Below are positions 19,115 to 30,057 of a stretch of 64,000 bases of DNA, in pieces. A program made the position numbers and the translations under genes. The DNA lies in NCBI GenBank assembly GCA_963823665.1, contig CAWGMQ010000004.1:2976001-3040000 (forward strand), given 5' to 3'. The DNA is from an uncultured Planctomycetota bacterium. Lineage in GTDB: Bacteria; Planctomycetota; Planctomycetia; Isosphaerales; Isosphaeraceae. The stretch's first letter is position 1; the number at the start of each line of letters is the position of its first letter. The notes below the pieces were generated by a model. The model worked only from the letters and a program-made list of their open reading frames with translations. It made no database searches and was not told the DNA's origin.

Positions 19115-22100
19115 TCAGCGGCGAGCGGGGAAGAGCTTGGGATTCTCGAGCGCCTTGCCCACGGCCCCTGGATCGTTTCCGCTCATGTCGTGGGCCACGA
19201 TTCGCCCGTCGGGACCGATGAGGAACGTCAGCGGGATTTGCCTCTTCTTTTGATCGGGACCAATGATGTACTGAGACTGGTAAATCACGCGGATGTCGTA
19301 ACGAGTGGCGGCGCCCGTGACGAAGTCGCCGGCGAAGCCGTGCGTCCAGTTCAGCCCGTCTTGCTTGATTGACTGCTCGGCCTGCGCGGCACTCTTGCCG
19401 CAGGCAAGGCTGATGAGCACAAAGCGGGGGTCGTGGCCGAAGTTCGCCTGGACCTCCTTGAGCACGGTCATGTCATTCTGTCGACCGGCTTCGGCTTGCC
19501 AGAAGTTGAGCAAGACGAGCTTTCCTCGATAGTCGCTCAGCTTCAAGCGCTGGCCTTTGTTGTCTGCGCCGATGCGCTCAACCTCGAAATCCGGCGCGAG
19601 GTCGCCGATCTTGATCCCTTGGCGCACTTTGGCAGTGATCGTCCCCAGGTCGAACGGTTCGTCCGACCGGTCACCGGCGAACGCCGGCACGACTACGGAT
19701 TGCTTCACAGTGTCGATCAGGCGCGGGTCTTCCCCGACCTCCAGCTCCAGCTCGTACTTGCCCGCGGGTACGTCGTCGATGCGAAATCGGCCGTCGTTCT
19801 TGATATGCGCCGCAAAGAGAGGCGACGTCCATACCAGGCGGCCGGAACGGTTGGTCTTCGATTGCTCGGTCGGCACACCGAGCAATACGGGTAGGTTGAG
19901 GGTCCAGTCGATCGGTGCTTCCGGCGTGCCGTCCAGAACGATCCGGCCGATCACGGGACGTCCTTTGCCGCCGAGGGTGACGTGAGCCGTCTCGCCTGGC
20001 TTGACCTCGATACGCTCCGGCCAACACTCAAGCTGCCGGAAGGGGTGTGAGGGACGGGGATCGTCTCGCACGACCCGGGAGACCGTGCCCGGGCCAGGGA
20101 CCACGCGGTCGAACTGGAAGCGGCCCCGCTCGTCGGTTTGCGTCCAGTAGCCAAAGCTGAAACTGTCCAAGCTGCTTTCGTGCTCAGGCCGGATCGGATG
20201 GAACATTACCTGTTGGTTGGGCCCGAACCGAGCGCCGATACGCACGCCGCCGTCGATCCGTCCCCAAGCTTGCAGCACGAGCTTGCCCGACCTGGCAAGC
20301 TCGTCGGATGTGGCGTCGGCGTAGCCTGTGTCGGTCAGGGCCACCACCACGAACTTTCCGGAGCGCGGTGGGAAAGAGAATCGGCCGTCGGGTCCGGTCG
20401 ATGCTTTGGGGAAATTCGCATTCGGATTGAACTTGCCAGACCGCAGAAACACCTGGGTCTGCCATGTGGAGAGTCCGACGTCGGCGCCGCTCGCGGGCTT
20501 CCCGTTGGGGAGAAAGACAATCCCCGTGATGCCCGAGGCTCGCCGTAGCGCGAAGTCAAGAACCTGCCGGCCTTCCTCGGGCTTGAAAGCCCGCGACACG
20601 GCCGTCGCGTAACCGGGGGCATCGATTCTCACGAAGTGCGCCTCGCGCGCGGAGTCGAACGAGCACGTAAATTTGCCGTCCGCGAACTCGTCACTGCGGT
20701 TCTCGTCCCAGTCGACGTCCCGTTCCCAGTCGCCGGACCGCCAGCCTTTGACGACCCGAACTTTCGGCACCGGTCGTCGTGTCTCGGCGTCGGTCACACG
20801 GCCGGTGATCACGAGCTCGGGGTAGAGAACGAAGGTCTGCTCGCGCTCCGATGCGACGAGCGGAACGTCGCGAGGTGACATCATGCCGTGCTTGCTGATT
20901 GTGTAGTGCACAACATCCTTGGGGGCGCTGTGCCATTCGAAACGGCCGTGCGCGTCTGTCGTGGTTTGAAACCGGATCGATCGATGCCCGCGCCACGAGT
21001 CCGCATAGACCATGGCGCCGGCGACCGGGTTGCCCTTCGCGTCGACGACGCGGCACCGAAGCAACGCGCCGGGTTCCAGGAGCTGGAATTGCACCGGTGC
21101 GGTTCGCGCGTCGACGCGGACGTCCTGAATCCGCGGTGCAAAGCCCTCGGCTTGGACCGTGATGACTGATGGACCGGCATCACCGTTCTCAAGGGTAAAT
21201 CGCCCCTGCTCGTCGGTTGTTGCGGATGGGCGGTTCGACCCCCAGATATCGCCGAGAACCGCCGTGGCTCTCGGCACCGGAGAGCCTGCGGCGTCGACGA
21301 CGCGACCCGAGACGGATAGACCCTTGTTCATGATCGTGACACTGTCGAGATTCCGCGACGCGACGACGTCGCTCTTGCGAAAATGCGGATGGGTCGCCTG
21401 GACCCACAATCCCGCCAAGTCCTTGGGCGCGACGTCGAATCGCCAGCGGCCTTGCGCGTCGGCTCTAGCGGAACCCAAGCTGAACCAATAATCTTGCCCT
21501 CCACGATTGATTCCGAGCGCGCCGACTTTCACCGCGGCGTCTGCGAGGGGATGGCCGGCTTCATCGCGCAGAATGCCACCGATGATTGTGCCCGGCTCGA
21601 AACGCAGTTGCTCCGTCACCGGCAATGCCACCGGCCCGCGCTCGTGCTCCCAAAGGATGTCGATCGGCACGCGATCGGGTGCGCGGGCAGTAATCCAGAG
21701 TCGCCGGACGATCGCGCCGGCGGGCCATTCGATCGCAGCGGTCCCATCTTCTCCCGTGAAGATCGTCGCCTGCCGGCGCTCTTCGCCGAAGACGCATACA
21801 TATTCAATCAACACGGCTTCGATCGGCTTACCGGTCGAGGCATCGATGGCCTTGAGCGTCAGCTTCGCTGCCGGCTGCTCGTTCTCGGGATGGAGGTTGG
21901 TCGGGACAGCGGGCGGTGCATTGGATTTGCGTTCGTGAATAGCCCATGCGGCGGTGGCGACACAGGCGCCACACATCAAAACCGCGGCTGCCACTTTCGT
22001 CTTGGCCAGGACGATGGTGCGCAAGACCTCTTCAGCCAGCACGAGGGACGCCGTGCCTGCTCCAGCGATTGCGGGACCTTTGGCCTGCACAAACTGCATC

Positions 22101-22802
22101 GCCAGCCGCACCGTCGCCTGGGACCAGACCTGCGGCGGAGGGCAGCTCTCTAGAGCGCTCTGACCCGCGGCTACAAAGATTCCCGAAAAGCTAAGTCCCC
22201 GTTTTTCGAAACGGGCCTTCAGCTTCGCGCGGCCGCGTGATAGCCGACTCTGAATTGTTCCGAGCGGGCAGCGCAATTGCGCCGCGGCCTGCTCCTGGGT
22301 CAATCCGTCGAGGTAGCAGAGGATGAGCGGCTCGCGGAAGGATTTCGGAAGCTGATCGAGCTCTTGGTGGAGGGCAGCCCAATCGTCTTCGTTTTCGATG
22401 GCTTTGAAATCTCCCTGGACGACATGGCCTGTGGTTCGCATTTCTCCCCCTCGGCTGCTCGCGGGTGCGCCGGCGAGTCGCGGCGATCCGCGCCTTGGCG
22501 CCAACCCGAATCGCAACGCCATGCAGCCAGCAGCCGAGCGACTCGCGCCGGCTGATTGAAGCGGCCCGCCGCGCCAGCACGAGGAACGTCGCCTGGGCGG
22601 CGTCTTCGGCGTCTTGTTCATCGCGAAGAATCTGGCGGCAGACCCGTAAGACCATTGCCCCATGGCGGTCGACCAGGGCCGCGAAAGCCGCCTCGGCATG
22701 CTCGTCGCGGCGTTCGAGGAAGCGCTCGAGCAACTGGGCGTCGGAGAGGCCGCCGGCTGTGCCGGTGCGAAAGAGTGTCTCGATCTGCTTGAGGAATCGC
22801 AT
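19115..22802 (-). CDS. One-component ECF sigma factor C: sigma core, TM helix, carboxypeptidase-regulatory-like repeats and C-terminal TlpA-like fold (frameshift near 22455)
   Basis: MRFLKQIETLF...DAEDAAQATF; FREPLILCYLDGLTQEQAA; GRVVDAAGSPVPRA repeats; IGDLAPDF...LSDYRGKLVLLNFW. Confidence 0.88.
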
Positions 22803-22860
22803 CGGCGGCCTGACCGGAACGCGTTCGCGGCAGTGTCAACGACTGGAATGCAGCGTCCAG

Positions 22861-22891
22861 TGTAGTGCCCGGCCGAGGCTTGGGCATTCCC
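22861..22891 (-). promoter_or_regulatory. Putative ECF promoter GGGAAT-N18-CACTACA (copy 4)
   Basis: About 59 nt upstream of ATG 22802, same spacing as the other copies. Confidence 0.65.
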
Positions 22892-22940
22892 CGAAGGCTC
22901 TTCGCGATTCAGAAATAGCTAGCGACGGGGGGTGAAGCGC

Positions 22941-23360
22941 TTACCGAGCCGGTGCGTTCTTGTTCCAACGCTTATGGGGAGCTGGGAGACCTTCGGTCGC
23001 GCGAGGGGCGGGGTCAGGAGACCCGCGCCCAACAGCCTGGGGTGAGTGCCAACGGTGCGAGTTCACGGTCCGGCCGATAGCGTAGCCCCACGCCGGCAGC
23101 AATGCGATGCTCCCTCCCATCAAGACGAGCTCGAGAACCACGGCGACAATCAACCCCTCCGAATCAGGCTCTGCCCACGGAATCCACGCCAACGGATTCT
23201 TCCCTGTAATAAACGCCCAGCCCGCCATTAGAACGGGTAACGACCACAACGTGAGGACGACCAACATCCGGGAGGGTCGGTCATGCCTAGACGGGCGCAG
23301 TCCGAAAATGAACGCGGGCGCCCAGAGCAGCAGGCCCACGAATAAGGCGGCTTCCACCAC
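22941..23360 (-). CDS. Small membrane protein (three hydrophobic segments)
   Basis: Hydrophobic helices; AGGA upstream of GTG; the 3' end runs through a REP-like repeat. Confidence 0.5.
   Translation of the reverse strand: MVEAALFVGLLLWAPAFIFGLRPSRHDRPSRMLVVLTLWSLPVLMAGWAFITGKNPLAWIPWAEPDSEGLIVAVVLELVLMGGSIALLPAWGYAIGRTVNSHRWHSPQAVGRGSPDPAPRATEGLPAPHKRWNKNAPAR
22985..23034. repeat. REP-like dispersed repeat (copy 1)
   Basis: GGAGACCnnCGGTC...GGGCGGGGTCAGGA(G)ACCCGCGCCCAACA is also found at 34115-34164 and can form a hairpin. Confidence 0.75.
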
Positions 23361-23383
23361 GGGCCAGTTTTCCTGAGCAAACG

Positions 23384-23430
23384 TCAGAGACTTTCCAGAT
23401 GGGCCAGGAGGCCAGTACCTCGGCTCTCGT
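23384..23430 (-). pseudogene. Orphan C-terminal tail of an antitoxin gene
   Basis: 23384-23409 matches 28060-28085 at 25 of 26 nt (LAHLESL*). Confidence 0.8.
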
Positions 23431-23461
23431 GCGCATCTTAACCCGGGAGCCTGAAAGTCGA

Positions 23462-23730
23462 TTACCTCTCGCGCCGCTGATGATACCAGACGTGATCCAC
23501 TCGAACGATTCGCTTGGAACGATTGACGACGAACAAAACACCGAGCGGCTCTTCAAACATCACGCGATCATCGTCGCCGCGCGACTCACTGGATCCGACC
23601 GGATCGGTCCTGAGCTTTTCATCGATTACGTTTGACGCCACCGTGACGGCTTGTCGCTCACCGACATCAGCGCGCTCCACGCCTCGGCAAGATCGTTCAG
23701 TGCCCCGGCCAGCCAGATTACGCGAAACAT
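23462..23730 (-). CDS. RelE/ParE-like toxin (frameshift near 23670)
   Basis: MFRVIWLAGALNDLAEAW...IDEKLRTDP..SESR...PLGVLF...VRVDHVW; directly follows a small acidic ORF. Confidence 0.6.
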
Positions 23731-23736
23731 CTCAAA

Positions 23737-23970
23737 TCAAAGTGCTTCCAGGTACGCGAGCACTTCGGCCGTTGTGTACGTCTTACCTCCCTCCGACCTC
23801 CGGCGGTTTAGTTCCTCCTTACTGATTCGCGGCTCGAGCGGACCGAGTTCTGACTCGATCGCGGGCACAACTCGAGCGAGCACATGACCGGCTTCATCAA
23901 CCAACTCGAGAGGTTTCGCCAAGTCGTGCAGTTTCTCCCGAAGCACGGAATCGCAAAGGACCTTTGTCAT
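23737..23970 (-). CDS. Putative antitoxin (77 aa)
   Basis: Ends GKTYTTAEVLAYLEAL; paralog of 28060..28293; lies upstream of the toxin-like gene. Confidence 0.65.
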   Translation of the reverse strand: MTKVLCDSVLREKLHDLAKPLELVDEAGHVLARVVPAIESELGPLEPRISKEELNRRRSEGGKTYTTAEVLAYLEAL

Positions 23971-24124
23971 GGCTGGTTCCTTATATTCGGGGCACTGACG
24001 CCCGACCTTCCGACGCTCTCATTGTACATCCGCCCACAGTGACGGGCAAACACGGATCTTGCTTTGCCGCGACAATCCGATCAATCTATCTTCCACCCCC
24101 AGCGATACCGATTTGTAAAGGTTA

Positions 24125-27100
24125 TCACCTCGACGAACCGGCTTGAGCCTTCAATCGCCGATTGAGACGGGCAAGTGCCGAATTCGAGTCCCGGGTCTCG
24201 ATAGCGCCGGGGTTTCCTCGCGCCATTCGCTCGAGGACAGCACGGGCTTCGGACGTGCCGACGCGTTCGAGCGCGTTCATCGCACGCAGCGTGCGCAACA
24301 CCTCACGCGGCGCGGTCGGCCCGGATGCGGCTGGGGCTCCATCTCGAGCGGGGAACGTCGCGGGGCGGAGGCGCTCTTGCAGGAAGGGAACAGCCGACGC
24401 GGTGCTTAGCGTCCAGGTGGCGCGGTAGGCCGCCCGGGCGTCATTGCCGGCAAGGTCAGTCCAACGAGCCTGCCGCTCTTCGGCCGTCAGCGGCGGGTCT
24501 GCGGCACGGCGGTCAGTCAAGTCCGAAAGGTCCCAGACCAGGGCCGTTGCATCCGCGCCGGCGGAGATGACCGACCGGCCGTCGGGACTGAACGCGACGG
24601 CCGTGACCGCCCCGCGGTGGCCCTCGAAGCGTCGCGCCTGCTGGCCGTTGGTAAGGTCCCAGACGCGGACGATCGAGTTGTGGATTGTCCCTCGATTGCG
24701 ACCCGCTGTCGCGAGGAATCGGCCATCGGGAGAAAAGGGGCGCCGGAGGTCATAATCACCGTGCGCGTCGAGCGTCTCGACCTCCTGGCCGGAGGCCAGC
24801 TCCCACAGTCGGTAGAGCCAGTTTTCCGAGTCTTGACGGGCGCCGGGCCCGGGGCCGTGCGTCGCGAGAAATCGGCCGTCTGGAGAGAGCGTAGCCCGAT
24901 CGTGGCAGTTGGACCACTCGACGGTGCGGCGCAGCTCCCTACCGGTTGCGATTTCCCAGAATCGAACACCATCCGGCTCCGCGGTTATGATCTGCTTTCC
25001 GTCGGGTGTGTAGAACATGGGGCAGAAGCTCAGGAAACGGTCGAGCCTGGGGTCTCGGTGCCGGAGCGTCGCGATGTGCATTCCCGAGCGGGCGTCCCAG
25101 ATCAGCCCCGCAGATGCGACCGTCTTGCCATCCGGCGAGTAGACAACGTCCTGGACGACATGGTGGTTTGGCAAACCGGGGAGGCGCCGGATTTCGCGGC
25201 ACTCGGCCACGCGCCAGAGGCTGATCCCTTCGATCTGACGCGGCTGCACGCTTTGCTGGCCGCCGACGAGCAGGGTCTTGCCGTCGGGCGCCAGCGCCAG
25301 CGCTTCGACGGGGCAATCGAGCTGGGCGATGAGACCCAGTTCCCGCCCGGAGGATGAATTCCATTGCCGCACCGTGCCATCTGCGCCGCCGGTGAACACC
25401 GTTGCGTCCGCTTGGGAGACCACCAAGGATCGGATGGCCGAGCGGTGTCCCGACTGAGGGAATGCCTCGCGACCCGTCGCCACGTGCCAAAGCCGGACGA
25501 CCGGCTCGACGCCGCTTGAGGCGAGCGTCTTGCCGTCCGGAGAAAATGACAACGACGCGACCCGGTGTTGATGCGCCAGAAGTCGATGGAGCTCGCGGCC
25601 TCGCGCGACGTCCCAGAGGTGGATGGCGGCGAGCGACAAACCTTCATCGTCTGCGTGGATCCGATCGTGAGCGTCGCCGCCGGCGAGGATGGTGCCATCG
25701 GGAGAGAACGCCAGCTCAGCGATCGCCCGCGCGCGAGGGGCTTGATGTCGTCTTTCGGTGGTGGCGGCTGCTTCGGTGCGAGCCTTGGCATGCGCTCTTG
25801 CCCGGTGGCGAGATCATACAGCCGGACGGTCCCGTCGGTGACGGCAGCAGCCAGCAGCCTACCGTCGGGCGAAATGGCCACGCGCAGGATGTCGAGACCA
25901 TTAACCGGGAATCGCCTTTGCTCCCGGCCGGTGGCGAGCTCCCAGAGACGCGTGGAGCCTTTATCGGCACCGATTAATACATTGCCGCGGGTGACTTCGG
26001 TGTCGCGACTGGCGGTGGCCAGCGTCTTGCCATCGGGCGAGAACTTGAAATCCCTGAGCAGCACCCAATCGCCGCCGACGCGGCGGCGACGCTCGGTAGG
26101 CGCACTCATATCCCACACGTCGATGAACGACTCGGACTTCTGGGTGGCCTCGTCAAACCGGTGGACGCTCGTCGCCACCATCCGGCCGTCCGACGAAATG
26201 ATCGGATGCGTGTGGATCTCGTCCCTGCCCTGGTGCGACCGCCGCTGTTCGCGGCCTGAGGTGATGTCCCAGAGGTGAAGCTGTCCCGGCTTTTCGATTG
26301 TTGCCAGTGTCTTCCCGTCGGGCGACAGCGCGATCTCACTCGTGTACGAGACCTCGCGATAGTCAGCTTCCGCGTCGCCGATTTTGCCGACGATGTCGCC
26401 CGTCTTCGCGTCCCAGACATGAACGACGTGCGTGACATCGACGGTCACCAGCGATTTCGCGTCGGGCGTGTAAAGGACCTGCTTGACCGGCGACCCCTCA
26501 TGGAAGGGGACGATGCCCAGGCGTGCGCGGGCGTGCTGTGGCAGTGGATCGCCGCGATGATCGAGCACGGCCGATTGGTTTCGGGGCGAGGCGGCCGGTG
26601 CTGCTGCGGAATCGGGCGGTCTGCGGGGTTGCCCAGGCGGCCCGGCACGCAGGAACATTCCGAGCCCGGTCGTCGTCAGGACGATCGCGAGAACAGCGAT
26701 GCTCGCCGTCAGCCTGGCCACGAGCAGGCTTCGAAGCACGGCGTTGGCCATGGCGCAAGCGGCTGCGGCCGGCATCCCTCTGATCGCAGCGGCGACGGTC
26801 GCCTCCAGGAGGCGTACGGAAGGCGTGATCCGAACCGCCGGCTCGAAGAGCGATGTGCCGATCCATCCGCTTGGTACCAGGCCTCTCCGGGTGAGCCGCG
26901 CTCTGAGCAGGTCGCGGGCCCTGGCGAGCCGGCCACGGACTGTCCCCACGGGCCATCCCAGAGCTGCGGCGGCCTCGTCGTGCGTGCGGCCTTCAAAATA
27001 GCAGAGCACTACCGGCGCGCGGTACTTCGCCGGCAGACGGTTGACCTCCTCGTGCACGAGCGATTGAAGCTCGGCGTGTTCGATCGCGAGCGAGGGCCTC

Positions 27101-27495
27101 TCGATCGACATGCGCGCGACCCGATGCTCTCGCGCCCGGCGCCGAGCGTCTCCCAGTCGCGTCTTCGCGGCGATGCGGTAGGCGACCCGGTGCAGCCAGG
27201 CTCCGAGGCAACCGGGCTCGCGGACTCGCAGCGATCCGGCGCGCCGGACGACGACCAGGAATGTGGCCTGGAATGCGTCCTCAGCCGCGTGCGAATCGCC
27301 GAGCACTTGCCGGCAGACGGTCAGCACCATCGCGCCATGACGCGTGAGGAGGGTCTCGAACGCAGCATCCGCCGCGTCATCCCGCCGTATTGCAAATCGC
27401 TCGAGCAGCTCGCGGTCTGTCAGGCCGACGGAGCTGCCTGGGCCGAACAGTCGACCGAAGCGGCGGGCGAGGTTTTCCACCGATGCGCTTGCCAT
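24125..27495 (-). CDS. One-component ECF sigma factor D: sigma core, TM helix and WD40 propellers (frameshift near 25730)
   Basis: AAEDAFQATF, LPAKYRAPVVLCYFEGRTHDEAA, GTVRGRLARAR; DPLPQHARARLG; many FSPDGK...LWD repeats. Confidence 0.92.
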
Positions 27496-27657
27496 GATTT
27501 GGCCTCCGAGCGTGGACCAACGTGATTCATACTCCTTTTTCCCATGACTCGTTGGCGCAATACACTTTTTCTAGCTCGTCGGCTCCCGCCATGAACGATC
27601 AATCTTCCTTTGCGGCAATGAAATGAGCCACAACGGCCCCGACCAGAGCGAAGAAGA

Positions 27658-27745
27658 TTATCTGCAACTACTCTGCAGATAGGCCAACACCTCGGCCGTT
27701 TTGTAGGTCTTGCCGTTTGATGCGCGCCTTCGATCCAATTCCTCT
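27658..27745 (-). pseudogene. Orphan C-terminal tail of an antitoxin gene
   Basis: Reads EELDRRRASNGKTYKTAEVLAYLQS, versus EELNRRRSEGGKTYTTAEVLAYLEAL in 23737..23970; no N-terminus present. Confidence 0.82.
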
Positions 27746-27786
27746 CAACGGACGCTTGCGATGACCGTTCGTCCGTGCGATCAAGG

Positions 27787-28060
27787 TCAACTATTTCGAC
27801 GTGGTTGGTAATACCACACGTGCCCGACCCGTACGGCCCGCTTCTCCACGTTTACATTGAAGAATACGCCCAGCGGCGCAACAAAGAGGACTCGTCGGTC
27901 CTCTTCTCTGGACTCGCTTCCGAAGAAACGGATCAGCCTTCAGTTCTCGGTCGATCGTATTGGTCGCTTCGACGATAGCCCGACGTTGGTTCGAATCGGC
28001 ATCAGTCCAGATCGCAGCCAAGTGTTCGTCCGTTTCGGGCGCCCGTTCGACCTTATACAT
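27787..28060 (-). CDS. RelE/ParE-like toxin (frameshift near 27920)
   Basis: MYKVERAPETDEHLAAIW...IDRELKADP / SESREEDRRVLFVAPLGVFF...VRVGHVW; TGATG overlap with the antitoxin. Confidence 0.6.
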
Positions 28061-28293
28061 CAGAGACTTTCCAAATGGGCCAGGACTTCAGCCGTCGTGT
28101 AAGTCTTGCCCTTTTGAGCCATCCGGCGTTGCCATTCCTCTCTGCTCAGGTGGGGCTCGCCAGTCTCGTCCTCGCTCACAATGACCGGCACGACCCGAGC
28201 GAGCACATGGCCGGATTCGTCGCACAACTCGAGCATCTCCGTCAGATCGTGCAGTCTCTCCCGAAGCGCAGTATCACAGATCACCCTTGTCAT
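28060..28293 (-). CDS. Putative antitoxin
   Basis: MTRVICDTALRERLHDL...GKTYTTAEVLAHLESL; GGAG RBS. Confidence 0.65.
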   Translation of the reverse strand: MTRVICDTALRERLHDLTEMLELCDESGHVLARVVPVIVSEDETGEPHLSREEWQRRMAQKGKTYTTAEVLAHLESL

Positions 28294-28604
28294 GCCTGTC
28301 TCCACACCGTTAGGTGGTAAGCCGAGTCGTCCAATTCATCCTTATTCTATGCAAGCCTGGGTCTTCAGGTAAACGCGAGCCCTTGCCGTGCCCTCGATCC
28401 ATCTTCACCTCCGCGGATAACGATCGATATGGAAGCGACAAACCGCAACGGGGCACGCGTCCGCCTCCCAGAATTCCCTCGACCTCGTTGATCCCTCGAC
28501 CGCTTCACTCTCGCTTGGCTGGGTAGAGAGAGAAAGAGAGTCGGATCGGAGCACCGGTCCGAGCTCGACGACCCACTGCGTATTCAGCATGAAGGAGAGC
28601 ACCC

Positions 28605-29951
28605 ATGTCCGCCAAGCGACGTTCCGCATGCAAACCCAGTTTCGACCGCCTTGAGGGCCGCGCCCTGCTCGTCACTCTCACGCCGCCGATCATCAAGACG
28701 GCCTACGATGCTAACAACTACTACTACGAATTTAACGGCGGGAACGTCACCCCCAACGGCTCCGGCGTAACGATCGCGATCGTCGTCGACGGGATCGATC
28801 CGAACATCGTCCACGACTACGAGGAATTCGACGCCATTTACGGCCAGCAGCCTGACTTTGGATTCGCCCAAATCGCGATGCCCGGCGCCGAGACCGCGTC
28901 AACGAGCTGGGACCGGGAAATCTCGACGGACGTTGAGTGGGCGCACTCGTTCGCACAGAAGGCCAACATTGACCTGGTCGAGTCGTCGGACAGCTTCGCA
29001 GGCCTGATGGCCGCCGTGAACACTGCCCGGAATTTGCAGGCCGTTTCGGTGGTGTCGATGAGCTGGGGAGCCGCTGAAATCCCCGCCTACCAGTCCTATA
29101 GCTCGATCTTCACCACGCCTGCCAACCACATTCCCGTGACTTTCGTGGCCGCATCGGGGGACGACGGCGGGTACAACAACACTCCTCCCACGCGTAGCAC
29201 AATAGGCGTGAATTTTCCGGCGTCCGATCCCAACGTCCTCGCCGCGGGCGGCACCGTCTTGAACACGGATTCAAGCGGTGATTATGAGGGCGAGACGGCC
29301 TGGTCCGGTAGCAACGGCGGCTACAGCACGGTCTTCTTCGAGCCGTCATACCAGAAGGGCGTGGGGAATACCGGTCATCGCATGGTGCCCGACGTCTCGA
29401 TGATTGCCTCCGACGTGCCGGTCTACTGCACCGCCTTCGGTGGACTGGTCTATGCCGATGGCACCAGCTTCGCGGCCCCGGCGTGGGCCGGCATCATCGC
29501 CATTTCCAATCAGGGACGAGCTCTGAGGGGCCTGAGCACCCTGGATGGCGCCACCCAGACCCTGCCGGACCTGTACGCCCTGCAGGCGCAGGCGGATGGT
29601 TACACGACCTACTTCCACGACATCACGACCGGCTCGAACGGCGTCTATTCGGCGGGCAAGGGATACGACCTGGTGACCGGGTTAGGCTCACCGGTCGTCG
29701 ATGAAATCGAAAGCGGCCTCTCGGGTGTGCCGATCATCCGCACCGAACCGTCGTCGTCTGCGCAGATCCAGGCATCACCCGAGGGCAGTCCAACTGACGT
29801 CGCGATGGCGGCGTTGCCGGCATCTGGAGGTCCCTCGAACCAGACTCGGACGGAGATGTTCGCCACGAGTGCGCTCGGTGGCTCGCCTCGAGTCGCCGGG
29901 CTCGACCGCGCACGCGGAGGCAACCCCTGCGAGCCACCTGCCCCCGCCTGA
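28605..29951 (+). CDS. S53 (sedolisin/kumamolisin-like) serine protease with planctomycete LExRxLL leader
   Basis: EISTDVE (Glu/Asp), SMSWG, ASGDDG, VPDVS, GTSFAAP, GYDLVTGLGSP; N-terminal FDRLEGRALL. Confidence 0.9.
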   Translation: MSAKRRSACKPSFDRLEGRALLVTLTPPIIKTAYDANNYYYEFNGGNVTPNGSGVTIAIVVDGIDPNIVHDYEEFDAIYGQQPDFGFAQIAMPGAETASTSWDREISTDVEWAHSFAQKANIDLVESSDSFAGLMAAVNTARNLQAVSVVSMSWGAAEIPAYQSYSSIFTTPANHIPVTFVAASGDDGGYNNTPPTRSTIGVNFPASDPNVLAAGGTVLNTDSSGDYEGETAWSGSNGGYSTVFFEPSYQKGVGNTGHRMVPDVSMIASDVPVYCTAFGGLVYADGTSFAAPAWAGIIAISNQGRALRGLSTLDGATQTLPDLYALQAQADGYTTYFHDITTGSNGVYSAGKGYDLVTGLGSPVVDEIESGLSGVPIIRTEPSSSAQIQASPEGSPTDVAMAALPASGGPSNQTRTEMFATSALGGSPRVAGLDRARGGNPCEPPAPA

Positions 29952-30057
29952 CCGCCGGCATGACCACCACGACCGGGCCCTTGGCTCGCTGCTCGGGGGT
30001 GATCTCCTCTCGAGGCCCTGAGCAGAGACCGGGATTACGCCAGCGATCTTTCCTGCT

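Noticed and set aside
18980..19372. 130-aa ORF starting MLRNEP
   Set aside because: It is the duplicated repeat read on into the antisense strand of ECF C; no RBS.
4519..28305. Diversity-generating retroelement or shufflon behind the duplicated tails
   Set aside because: No reverse transcriptase or site-specific recombinase in the window; differences between copies are not adenine-restricted and the copies are direct, not inverted.
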